Shown: in pieces, positions 9,514 to 18,311 of the stretch
Numbering within the stretch: the stretch's first letter is position 1
How the letters are laid out: each line of letters begins with the position of its first letter
Sequence record: MW735835.1
Length of the DNA: 64,000 nt
Reading direction: 5' to 3' (one strand)
Program-made: the position numbers and the translations under genes
Notes under the pieces: generated by a model
What the model was told of the DNA's origin: nothing
What the model saw: only the letters and a program-made list of their open reading frames with translations
Database searches by the model: none

Positions 9514-9894
9514 ATGTACCGATCAGTTGCGATGAACCAATCTCACGGATTTTGGACATCGGCCAAACGGACACTGTTCGTGGTCAGTCTGTATTTCCGT
9601 CTGATTCGGAACTACGATCCTGACGAGTCCCTGCTCGCTGAGTTCAACAGGCTCTTCTACTTGGTCAATGACCCAAGGTCCTTGTCCTTCCCGGCCATGA
9701 CGGCTCGGGTGTTGTGGAAAGGGAACATGGTCGATCAGGTGGTGGAGTGCTGTGAGCAAGGAGATTTCAAGCAGGCTGTTGAACTGGTCTACGGCACCGT
9801 GCCCAAGTGGCTTCGGTACCTGGACAGGGAAACGATGCTTCGTGACGTCGAGCGTGTATTACGGCAATCGCAGCACCGTGAACAAATCGCATGA
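9514..9894 (+). CDS. Hypothetical protein (126 aa)
   Basis: ORF directly after RNase H, ending at a hairpin. Confidence 0.65.
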   Translation: MYRSVAMNQSHGFWTSAKRTLFVVSLYFRLIRNYDPDESLLAEFNRLFYLVNDPRSLSFPAMTARVLWKGNMVDQVVECCEQGDFKQAVELVYGTVPKWLRYLDRETMLRDVERVLRQSQHREQIA

Positions 9895-9896
9895 TG

Positions 9897-9941
9897 CGGC
9901 ATAGATGGGAGGGACTCGTGCCCTCCCATCGACTTTTATGC
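9897..9941. terminator. Convergent hairpin with CGGCATA / TATGC flanks
   Basis: CGGCATA-GATGGGAGGG-actcgtg-CCCTCCCATC-gacttttatgc. Confidence 0.7.
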
Positions 9942-9948
9942 GCGTTGC

Positions 9949-10803
9949 TTATTTTCGCATCTCTTTCATGCTGTCTTTCATGGCTTCAGAGAACTGACGC
10001 ACACGGAACAGCAGGGTGCCGTAGGATTCCATTTCCTTGGCCATCAGCAGGGTCAGGTCGACCAGCTGTTGGATGCCGATGTCCACGGCTTCCTGGTTGG
10101 ACAGGCTCTTGTCGGCGATGGCAGCTTGTACAGCGGCCATTACGCCGCCAGCCAAGGTCATGGCACGATCAACGGCGTCCACTGCCTTCTTGGCCGGATG
10201 GGCCTTATCGAGGGCGATGGTGTCGTTGAGGTTGTTGTAGGTGGTGCGGATGTCAGTTTGACGTTCTACCACCGAACCCAACATGCGCGTGATGTGGTTG
10301 CTCTTGCCGTCGAAGTAGGTCTGGCCGATGTTCACCATGCTGGTGGTCAGGCCCAGGCCCATCGGGCCGTTGTGACCGATGCCGGAGGCGGAAGTGAGCA
10401 GCGTGGGGTCGTAGGTAATGCGGCCCAGGGTCTCACAGAAGCTACGCAGCATGTATTCCAGTTTGGTAGCGTCGCTCATGGCTTGCTTCAGAGCAGCCGA
10501 GTACGGTACCCATTGACCCACGAAGCCCTCAGGAACGATGACGGGCTTGTTGGACGCATCCACGAAACCTACTTTGGCCACGAAGCCTTCGAGGTCGCGC
10601 GGGGTCAGGCCGGTGATGGCCAGAGCAGTGAACTTCATCTGGTTGAAGAAGCCACTGGCGGCGCGGAAGAACTGTGCCCCACGGTCGCGCATCTTCATGG
10701 GGTTGACGTTCGGCATGCCGTGTTCCATGGAGATGGTGCGCGCCATGCGCTCCAGCGATTCCAGGGAGACGCTGTCGAAATCGTCGACGATGTTCTGGTT
10801 CAT
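9949..10803 (-). CDS. Putative head protein with cleavable propeptide (284 aa)
   Basis: Acidic N-terminus with VSLES and ISMEH, matching the S/A/G-X-E prohead protease motif. Confidence 0.6.
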   Translation of the reverse strand: MNQNIVDDFDSVSLESLERMARTISMEHGMPNVNPMKMRDRGAQFFRAASGFFNQMKFTALAITGLTPRDLEGFVAKVGFVDASNKPVIVPEGFVGQWVPYSAALKQAMSDATKLEYMLRSFCETLGRITYDPTLLTSASGIGHNGPMGLGLTTSMVNIGQTYFDGKSNHITRMLGSVVERQTDIRTTYNNLNDTIALDKAHPAKKAVDAVDRAMTLAGGVMAAVQAAIADKSLSNQEAVDIGIQQLVDLTLLMAKEMESYGTLLFRVRQFSEAMKDSMKEMRK

Positions 10804-10889
10804 TCAGGATGACTCCGTGTTAAAAGAAAGTAGTTTTTCATATCGTTTGCGCACCAACCGTACACCTTCTCAAATGGAAAAGAGTCAAC

Positions 10890-12497
10890 ATGTCTAACAG
10901 TCCCTTTGCCAAGTTCAAGAAGGCGCCTTCGATTCGTCCGATGTGGAACATCGGGGCGCTCTTCGACATCCAGACCGGTAAGTACTACAAGGGCAAGTAT
11001 GGCGAGTCGATCCTGTGCGGTGGTCTGAACCACTTCACCGGCGTTGCTGGCCTGCCCAACATGTTCAAAACCGTAATCTCGCTGTTCCAGCTGGGTTCGG
11101 TCATGAACCGGGTCTCGCTCGCCATTATGATGGCGCATGACTCAGAGAATACGCTCTCGCCGGGGCGGATCACGAACGTCTTCAGGCAATTCCCTGAGCT
11201 GTTCGGTCGCGATTTGATCGATGACGAACGCCTGCTCTTCACCGACGCCAACACCTACACCGGTAACGGCTGGTGGAACGCCATGCGTGAATACGCTGAC
11301 GATCGCCGCAACAACAAAGACATCCTCATCACCACCCCGTTCGTCGATGACAACACGGGTGAGCTGATCAAGATTCCGTCTCCGACACTGGTCTTCCTCG
11401 ACTCGCTGTCCGGCCTTCAGACCGAAGGCGTCATGGACATGTACGAGAAAGGCGACGTCGGCGGCAAAGAACTGAACATGGTCGCCATGAAAGGCGCCGG
11501 TGCGAAATCCCAGCTGATCGACCAAGTGACCGGGGTGACCGGTGGTTCGGGCGTACACTTCCTGATGACAGCGCACGTCGGGCAAGAGTACCAGCTGGAC
11601 ATGTACAAGCCCAACGTCAAGAAGCTCAAGTTCCTCAAGGGCGATCTCAAGCTCAAGAAGGTGCCGGAGAACTTCTCGTTCCTTACCGCGAACTGCTGGT
11701 ACTGCGTGGCCCTCGTTCCGCTGATCGACGGCGACAAGCTGCCTGAGTTCCCGCGTGACGAAGACGACGATCTGAAGGGCGATACCGACCTGATCTGTAT
11801 CACGTTGGTCAACCTGCGTGGTAAGTCCGGTCCGTCGGGCATCCCGTTCGAGGTCGTGGTATCTCAGTCCGAAGGTCTGAAGACCGAACTGACCGAGTTC
11901 CTGTACTGCAAGGGTTACGACTACTACGGTATCAGCGACAAAGACGGCAACAAGGCCAAAGGCAAGCCGAACTTCCGTCTGGACCTGTACCCGAACGTCA
12001 ACATGACCCGTAAGACCATCCGTGGTCTGATGGAAAGTGACTCTCGCCTGAGCCGGGCGATGAACATCACTGCTGAACTGTGCATGATGCGCAACCTGTG
12101 GCACGACGAACTGCCGGATGAACTGCGTTGCAGCCCGAAAGAACTGTACGACGACATCAAGGCGAAGGGTTACGACTGGGACCTGCTGCTCGACACCCGC
12201 GGCTTCTGGCTGCCGCTCGAGGAACAAGGCACCTACGTCGACATCCCGTTCCTGTCGACCATGGACCTGCTCAACATGCGCGCGGGCACCTACCGCCCGT
12301 ACTGGTACGACGCTGCGCTGAAAGCCAAAGGCGTCGCTACCGCTGCAATCGCCACCGTTTCGGAGGCGAGCGCAGGTACTGACACTGGCAAGGTCGTCAC
12401 CCCGGCAGCCGTTGCCGAAGCGACCAAAGCCAAGAAGGTGACGGGTGCCGATCTCCTCAAAGAGATCGCAGATCGTCAGGGGGCGAAAGCTTCCTAA
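10890..12497 (+). CDS. uvsX: RecA/UvsX-like recombinase (phiKZ gp152-like)
   Basis: P-loop variant GLPNMFKT, Walker B VFLDSLS, RecA-like MTAHVGQ segment; Ala/Lys-rich C-terminal tail. Confidence 0.8.
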   Translation: MSNSPFAKFKKAPSIRPMWNIGALFDIQTGKYYKGKYGESILCGGLNHFTGVAGLPNMFKTVISLFQLGSVMNRVSLAIMMAHDSENTLSPGRITNVFRQFPELFGRDLIDDERLLFTDANTYTGNGWWNAMREYADDRRNNKDILITTPFVDDNTGELIKIPSPTLVFLDSLSGLQTEGVMDMYEKGDVGGKELNMVAMKGAGAKSQLIDQVTGVTGGSGVHFLMTAHVGQEYQLDMYKPNVKKLKFLKGDLKLKKVPENFSFLTANCWYCVALVPLIDGDKLPEFPRDEDDDLKGDTDLICITLVNLRGKSGPSGIPFEVVVSQSEGLKTELTEFLYCKGYDYYGISDKDGNKAKGKPNFRLDLYPNVNMTRKTIRGLMESDSRLSRAMNITAELCMMRNLWHDELPDELRCSPKELYDDIKAKGYDWDLLLDTRGFWLPLEEQGTYVDIPFLSTMDLLNMRAGTYRPYWYDAALKAKGVATAAIATVSEASAGTDTGKVVTPAAVAEATKAKKVTGADLLKEIADRQGAKAS

Positions 12498-12562
12498 TAC
12501 TCTGAGGCCGCTGTGCGTGGGCGCGGCGGCCTTATCCCAACAAGCCCACTGGAGACATTGCC

Positions 12563-12847
12563 ATGAGCAACTCGGTTGTGTCCGCCGTCGTAGACATGCT
12601 GGCGGATAAGAACCCCAACGCGGCGACTCGGTTCGCTCGCAACTTCAACCCCCCGGTGCGGGACGAGAACGAAGAGATTCGTGCGCTCAACCGTTTCTGG
12701 CGTGATCAGCTGTCCTCGCTGCACACTTCGACCATCTCGGCTCGTAGCTGCCTCGTTGACGACATCCGCCCGCGTGATTGGCTGCGCCATTTCCGCGACC
12801 TGGTTCTCCCCACCATCGTGGCTCACGATCTGCCCACCGTTCATTGA
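12563..12847 (+). CDS. Hypothetical protein (94 aa)
   Basis: CTGGAGA SD and coding bias. Confidence 0.7.
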   Translation: MSNSVVSAVVDMLADKNPNAATRFARNFNPPVRDENEEIRALNRFWRDQLSSLHTSTISARSCLVDDIRPRDWLRHFRDLVLPTIVAHDLPTVH

Positions 12848-12856
12848 GGAAATTCC

Positions 12857-13558
12857 ATGACCAGCCGTCAAAAGGTCACTGCATTCATCGTGAACGCGAT
12901 TGCGGACATTATTCCGGGTGACCGGTACAATGCCGATCTGACCCAGCAACGTCTGGACGCAATGTCGGATGCAGAGTTTGACCAGTATATCCGGTCGCTC
13001 GCGAAACCGGAAACTGAGGAAGGTCGAGCAACGCAGGAAATCCTGCCGTTCTACTCACCCAACCTGAAAGATCCGCGCATCACCATGGAAAACCTCCTGG
13101 TCGTCGCGGACAAGATCGGTCACAAGTTCTTCCAACAGCTCTGGCTGACCGATCCACACACCGGTCGGGTATTCCTGACCCCGCAGAAGTATCTCGTGCT
13201 TGACATGACCGTACGTCGTCAGGCCCAGATGCTCACCAAGAAGTCCTCCATCCCGGAAAACGCCAGGCACGTCGACGAAATGTCCGGTCAGGTTACTGGG
13301 AAGTCGAAGGGCTCCAAGATTTCGTTCCCCGAGCTGCAAGCGCAACTCGCCCAAGGGCTTGAGAACACCCTGATCGAAGAGATCAAGGTGCGCGGGGGCG
13401 ATCGGACGGCGCAAGTCGAGTTCGATCGTCAGCTAATCGAGCACGGGGAAGCCAGCATCTCTGATGTCACTGCCGGTGGCGGTGTCACCAAGTCAACCTC
13501 GTCTGTGGCCATCCTGTTCCGTGGTGCCATGATCGACAACAACATGGATGAAGTCTAA
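12857..13558 (+). CDS. rpoB: Virion RNA polymerase beta subunit, C-terminal piece (phiKZ gp149-like)
   Basis: LTDPHTGR...RRQAQMLTKK...SGQVTGKSKGSKISFPELQAQLAQGLENTLIEEIKVRGGD parallels the RpoB C-terminal region (QQPLGGKAQFGGQRFGEME...LQEMLTVKSDD). Confidence 0.75.
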   Translation: MTSRQKVTAFIVNAIADIIPGDRYNADLTQQRLDAMSDAEFDQYIRSLAKPETEEGRATQEILPFYSPNLKDPRITMENLLVVADKIGHKFFQQLWLTDPHTGRVFLTPQKYLVLDMTVRRQAQMLTKKSSIPENARHVDEMSGQVTGKSKGSKISFPELQAQLAQGLENTLIEEIKVRGGDRTAQVEFDRQLIEHGEASISDVTAGGGVTKSTSSVAILFRGAMIDNNMDEV

Positions 13559-14064
13559 TGACAGAAGGCGGCTACGCAGTCCACGACAAACGTATCCTGG
13601 AAGACCTCAAGCAAGCGCTGCGGAATTGGTGCAACATCTTCTTTGCCGATCCGATTACCGCGGCCCTTGGGGTGAAGGAACACATCGTCAACAATGACCT
13701 TCCAGAGCTGCGCCGTATCCGCTGGTATGCCACCAGTGACGAGATGGCCGCAGAGAAGCTCTGGCTGCGTTACATCGATAACCAGGAACTGGAAGCCAAC
13801 TCCGAGCTGCGCAACACGGTGTTTGACTTCTACATGTCCGGTGCGACTTACATCTGGCTACACACCCCTGTGGCTTCGGGTCATCTGGACCAGTTCATCG
13901 GCCATTTGACCCAGAGCCTCACCTGGGCTAAGAGCTGCAAGTTCGTCCCAGAAGCAGCCCGTGAGTACATGTCGACCCCCGAGGAAATGAAGACCTTCCT
14001 CAAGGGTAACCATTGGGCCGTCTTCATGGTGTTGCTGTCGATGTCGGAACTGTCACTCCAGTAG
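13558..14064 (+). CDS. Hypothetical protein (168 aa)
   Basis: TAATG coupling to the upstream gene. Confidence 0.7.
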   Translation: MTEGGYAVHDKRILEDLKQALRNWCNIFFADPITAALGVKEHIVNNDLPELRRIRWYATSDEMAAEKLWLRYIDNQELEANSELRNTVFDFYMSGATYIWLHTPVASGHLDQFIGHLTQSLTWAKSCKFVPEAAREYMSTPEEMKTFLKGNHWAVFMVLLSMSELSLQ

Positions 14065-14069
14065 TCGAC

Positions 14070-14090
14070 TTTTCATCAGCAATACATTAT
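14070..14090 (+). promoter_or_regulatory. Candidate early-type phage promoter TTTTCATCAGCAATACATTAT
   Basis: Member of a 7-copy intergenic motif, T-tract then ATACAT(T/G/A). Confidence 0.55.
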
Positions 14091-14107
14091 CCTTACGAGG
14101 ATGCAAC

Positions 14108-14914
14108 GTGAATAACAACGTGTTCAACCTGCTGTTCGATCTCGATGCGATGTTTGATACGCGCATGGGGACTTTGTTGAACCTGAGTGAAGATGTGCAC
14201 ACGTTCCTGCCCATTCAGGAGTACCGCAATCGGACCAAGGACGATTTCGGGAAACTGACGGGCGGGCGTATTACTCAGGAAGCCTTTGAAGAGCGGTACG
14301 CCAAGCGCGACATCATGGTCTTGCGCCGTAGTCTGATCACCGGCCTCGTGCCGGTCGTTATGAGCTACATCGAAACTCTGCGTGAGCGGCTCTTCCGGGG
14401 TGTGGACGTCAGCGCCATCAACATCGACATCAACATCCATCCGTATATCTTGCCAGGCCCTATCGTGCAGACCATCAAGGACTGCTTGCGGGGCATCATG
14501 CCGACCTATGTCAGCATCTCTGCGGTGAGCTACGACCTGGACAAGCTCAACCTTGACTTTGTCGGGCAGCACTACAGTGGCTGGGCAACGTACGACATCC
14601 ACAAGTGGTTGGAGAAGTACCATGAGGCTTTGCTGCTCAAGCCGGTAAACGGACTTTCGGCCATAATCCCCAAGCTCTTTGTGCAAGAGCCTGGGGATCG
14701 TTCTGGACCGGAATCAGAGTTCTTCAACGGGGTGGATCGTCATGGTCTGCTGGAGATGGTCATGGAGGATTTCATCCACCTTGAACATGTTCCGGTCAGT
14801 GACTTCTGCTTCGTTGTACCGGGCAGCTACAAGATGCTGGAGGATCAGTCCTCTTCGCGTTCAGCAGCAGCGGCGTTCTCGGAAGCTTCTACGGCGGCTA
14901 CGAAGTCGTCGTAG
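14108..14914 (+). CDS. Hypothetical protein, possible HAD-fold (268 aa)
   Basis: N-terminal LLFDLDAMFDT resembles HAD motif I; GTG start with GAGG SD. Confidence 0.6.
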   Translation: MNNNVFNLLFDLDAMFDTRMGTLLNLSEDVHTFLPIQEYRNRTKDDFGKLTGGRITQEAFEERYAKRDIMVLRRSLITGLVPVVMSYIETLRERLFRGVDVSAINIDINIHPYILPGPIVQTIKDCLRGIMPTYVSISAVSYDLDKLNLDFVGQHYSGWATYDIHKWLEKYHEALLLKPVNGLSAIIPKLFVQEPGDRSGPESEFFNGVDRHGLLEMVMEDFIHLEHVPVSDFCFVVPGSYKMLEDQSSSRSAAAAFSEASTAATKSS

Positions 14915-15393
14915 TTCACAGGCTGAGTGCCCTGGGTGGTGACATCCGGGACCAGCTTGGGGGCGGGCAGTGCAGCAGCCGGGTCGGCACGCTGAGTGAT
15001 GGCCGGCATGCTGCCCACTTCCACAGCGAACGGGTTGCGGCCATTGAGCATGCGCAGCAGTTCGTTGTTGGCTTGGGCCAGACGCTCGGTCTCGCTGCCT
15101 TGTGCTTCTTCCACGTCGATCTTCCGCGTGGTGAGTGCAGCGGAGTCCAGGTCGCGGAGCAGTTGCAGGTTCAGGTTCAGTTCTTTGTCGTCAGACGGGA
15201 TGCCGCGCTTGAAACGATCCTCCAGGATCTTCAGGCGGATACCCTGCGTGGTCTTGATGACCGCACTGGGATCGACATCTTGGTTGACCGCAAGCGGACG
15301 GTTTTCAGAGGCGAGATACTCACCATCCTTAACAGGATCGAGGTCGTCGCCGAGGGGAATCAACGTGCCTTCAAGGGGCTTCTGGGCAGACAT
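14845..15393 (-). CDS. Hypothetical helical protein (182 aa)
   Basis: GGAGA SD and coding bias; 3' end overlaps the convergent gene by 70 nt. Confidence 0.7.
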   Translation of the reverse strand: MSAQKPLEGTLIPLGDDLDPVKDGEYLASENRPLAVNQDVDPSAVIKTTQGIRLKILEDRFKRGIPSDDKELNLNLQLLRDLDSAALTTRKIDVEEAQGSETERLAQANNELLRMLNGRNPFAVEVGSMPAITQRADPAAALPAPKLVPDVTTQGTQPVNYDDFVAAVEASENAAAAEREED

Positions 15394-15456
15394 GGGATAA
15401 TCTCCAAACAGTATTCATCCATAGGATCAGTTGCGATGGGCAAGGAACCATCAAGT

Positions 15457-15936
15457 ATGCGTAAGCTTTTCACATGGATATTCGGCAGTAAGGAGCCCGA
15501 ACCGATCGTCGGTAAGGACATTTATGAAACACTCATCAACCAATTAGGAGACATCGATGACCTAGTAGCTAAGAAATTCAGTGCATCGCAAACCAGACGA
15601 GTCGCGATTGAAACCGCGACAGCCAACATCGAGGAGTTGGCGGACTATCTGGTTGAAGCGTCGGCTTTTGTCAGCAAGGGCGAGACTTTCCCGCAGCGTT
15701 GGCAAGACCAAGTACTGAAGTACGAGACTCGCACCCTCGAGCAATATATCGCAGAAGCCGGTGAGCTTATCCATCCGTTGGATTGGATCAAAGCCCATCA
15801 GCACAACATCGTAAAGCTGTTGGACGCCTTCATGAAGATGGATGCTGCCGACCGTGACTACTACCAACGTAAGTGCAACTTCGTAGTCGAAGATATCCTC
15901 GAACTGATTAAGTCAAGTCGGGAGTGTGTTCGATGA
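15457..15936 (+). CDS. Hypothetical protein (159 aa)
   Basis: 3' part of the track ORF 15073..15936; start reassigned to ATG 15457 after an AAGGAA SD. Confidence 0.65.
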   Translation: MRKLFTWIFGSKEPEPIVGKDIYETLINQLGDIDDLVAKKFSASQTRRVAIETATANIEELADYLVEASAFVSKGETFPQRWQDQVLKYETRTLEQYIAEAGELIHPLDWIKAHQHNIVKLLDAFMKMDAADRDYYQRKCNFVVEDILELIKSSRECVR

Positions 15937-15957
15937 ACATCCAGGAAATCATCCATC

Positions 15958-16572
15958 ATGAGCAAAGAACAACTTCGCATGATGAACGCAGACGACAAAC
16001 TGATTGGCGAGGCTGGCAACCCGCTGACCAACCTGTTCCGTCGTGTTCTACTTGCTTTGGAACTGGAGCCTAAACTCTGGAACCGTAAGCTCACCACCTT
16101 CCTCCAAAGCCCGCTCTCTCGTGTTCCCAAGAATGCGAAGGACATTGGTCAGGAGCGAAACAACTTCAACCGCGCGATTGCTAAGCGGTTCATCACGTTC
16201 AAGACCTTTCAGAAAGCCATTCAAATCATGGGATGCGTTCGCTATTCTATGAGCATCACGTTGGAGATGCGGGATGGCAGGAAAGTGGAAGTCTCCACAG
16301 GGATGATCAAAAATCCCTACGCGGCACTGGATACCCTCCAGTACGCAGTGTCTGGTAAAGGCGTAAGCCCTGAGCAGGACAACGTCGATTACGATGAAGA
16401 TATGGAGATGGAAACCCACATCACTGACGAAACCGTCGGCGACATGATTCATCAGATCGATGATGATAGACCCGTGCCCTTCCCTAGCATCACCCGCGAT
16501 CCGTCTCGGCGTGCACGCAAAGATGCAGTGGTCTCGTCGTTTATGTCCGCCCAAAAAGACCCCAAGAACTGA
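15958..16572 (+). CDS. Hypothetical protein (204 aa)
   Basis: CAGGA SD; basic N-terminal half and acidic C-terminal half. Confidence 0.7.
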   Translation: MSKEQLRMMNADDKLIGEAGNPLTNLFRRVLLALELEPKLWNRKLTTFLQSPLSRVPKNAKDIGQERNNFNRAIAKRFITFKTFQKAIQIMGCVRYSMSITLEMRDGRKVEVSTGMIKNPYAALDTLQYAVSGKGVSPEQDNVDYDEDMEMETHITDETVGDMIHQIDDDRPVPFPSITRDPSRRARKDAVVSSFMSAQKDPKN

Positions 16573-16616
16573 CAGTGGTCATACGGTCGTCTACCCAGCT
16601 ATAACAGGATACAGCT

Positions 16617-17201
16617 ATGTCTACTGACATCCAAGCGAAACACCCCGCCAACGCGCCCTTCGATCCCGCGGAAGATGGCAAGACGCACATCAACGTCTAC
16701 TCCCGTGGCGCCACTGCATTCGGCCGCTCCCTGAGCAACCTCGCCGACTGCAACATCGAACACCCCTATTTCGGCCACTTCCGCACCCTGGAAGGGCTGT
16801 GGTTCTGGATGAAGACCGGACAGAAGGACGACTCCTTCCGGATCATCAAGGGCCTTGCTGCCCGCGACTTGGGCAAGAGCATGGAAAGCTCGCACTACCC
16901 GCTGTTCAGCAAGATGTTCAAGCTGGGCATGCTCGAGAAGCTGGAACGCAGTCCGCAGCTGCAACGTGAGCTGGTGGAAAACGAACTGCCGCTGGCGCAC
17001 TACTACGTGTACGGCAAGAAGCAGATCATGCAGGATCGCCACCAGTGGCAACTGGACTTCTGGCTCCTGCTGCGCGCCGCGCTCAAGACCACGGGCAACC
17101 TCGACACCATTCGCGCTGAGCTGGTCGACAGCATCAAGTACCACCTGGACAACCAAGCCCAGGAGGACAAAGCGAACGGTCCGGGTACCCCGGCACAGTG
17201 A
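16617..17201 (+). CDS. NADAR-like protein (T4 gp30.3-like)
   Basis: LSNLA...HFRTLEGLWFWMKTG...IKGLAARDLGKS matches the LSNFA...F..LEG...K...GLAA...G.S pattern I recall for phage NADARs. Confidence 0.6.
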   Translation: MSTDIQAKHPANAPFDPAEDGKTHINVYSRGATAFGRSLSNLADCNIEHPYFGHFRTLEGLWFWMKTGQKDDSFRIIKGLAARDLGKSMESSHYPLFSKMFKLGMLEKLERSPQLQRELVENELPLAHYYVYGKKQIMQDRHQWQLDFWLLLRAALKTTGNLDTIRAELVDSIKYHLDNQAQEDKANGPGTPAQ

Positions 17202-17204
17202 CCG

Positions 17205-17242
17205 CATGGGGCCTTCGGGCCCCATGACTCACTCCTTTCTTT
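17205..17242 (+). terminator. Intrinsic terminator with C-UUCG-G loop
   Basis: CATGGGGCC-TTCG-GGCCCCATG followed shortly by a T-rich run. Confidence 0.75.
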
Positions 17243-17263
17243 TTTCTTTGTCAGAGGTCGGAA

Positions 17264-18268
17264 ATGTCATTGATCTCCAACCCGTTGTTCAAGACGGACA
17301 ACACCGAGAAACTCGCGGTAGGGGACGCCTACGACATCTCCAGCACCCGGCCGATCAACAAGATCTTTGATGCGGCTAAGGACGGCGCTTCTAAGCTGTT
17401 CGACCGTGCTGGTGGTATCAACGGCATCGCTTCGGGTCTCCAGAGCATTATCTCCGCAAAGATGTCCGGTGCCACCGGTAAGCAGATGCTGGAAGCTGGC
17501 CTCGGCATGTTCAACACCAGTACCATTGGGATCTTGCGCGATGCCTCTAACGGTATCCTGGATCGTGCTGGTACATTCCTTGACTTAGACCCCTCGATGA
17601 TAGACCGGGTCAAGTCGGCAGGCAGTGACGTCGCCAACCGCATGCAGTACGGTGGATTCGACGACTTTACCAGCTATGGTTCATTGACCACGCTGATTGG
17701 TGACATGGCCGGCTATCCTCAGTTGGCCGAATACGTCAACATGGGCATGGAGGCGGCGGTATGGGGCAGTGCGATTTCCCAGACCATCGACTACGGTCAG
17801 TACCATTACATGGACGATGTGAAGCAGTATATCGATCCTGAGGTTTATCGCCAGGCACTGATCTACAGCATCCCGTCTGTGGCCACTTCTGGTGAACTCA
17901 CCGCAGTCACGACATTGTTGGGTCAGCTCACCGCAGCTGAAGTCTACGCCAACAAGCCTGACTTCGTTAAGGTGTTCCTCCAGCGGTTCAAGATGCCGCA
18001 GACCCCGCCTGCGGACTTCGTTGCTTACAGCAGGGAAGTTGTGAACACCTGTAGTCAGATCCAGACGGGCTGGTACACCTACAAACGTGGTGCGGAAACT
18101 ATCTACGATCTGACCTGCCTAACCACCGCGTCGGAAGATGCACAGCGTCTGTTGCAACTGCACCCAGAACTTGGTGTCATCGTGCAGATCGCTCCGGAGT
18201 TCCCAGAGCAGACAGTGGATGAGAACATCCATCAACAGTTCTCGTTGATGATCATGACGTTGACATAA
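17264..18268 (+). CDS. Putative tail/baseplate-associated protein (334 aa)
   Basis: GAGG SD; convergent with the tail gene block. Function is inferred from position only. Confidence 0.6.
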   Translation: MSLISNPLFKTDNTEKLAVGDAYDISSTRPINKIFDAAKDGASKLFDRAGGINGIASGLQSIISAKMSGATGKQMLEAGLGMFNTSTIGILRDASNGILDRAGTFLDLDPSMIDRVKSAGSDVANRMQYGGFDDFTSYGSLTTLIGDMAGYPQLAEYVNMGMEAAVWGSAISQTIDYGQYHYMDDVKQYIDPEVYRQALIYSIPSVATSGELTAVTTLLGQLTAAEVYANKPDFVKVFLQRFKMPQTPPADFVAYSREVVNTCSQIQTGWYTYKRGAETIYDLTCLTTASEDAQRLLQLHPELGVIVQIAPEFPEQTVDENIHQQFSLMIMTLT

Positions 18269-18270
18269 CG

Positions 18271-18308
18271 GACATAGGGCCCAGGGCAGCTGCCCTGGGC
18301 CCTATGTC
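18271..18308. terminator. Perfect 38-bp palindrome between convergent genes
   Basis: GACATAGGGCCCAGGGCAG|CTGCCCTGGGCCCTATGTC, no U-tract. Confidence 0.75.
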
Positions 18309-18311
18309 GCA

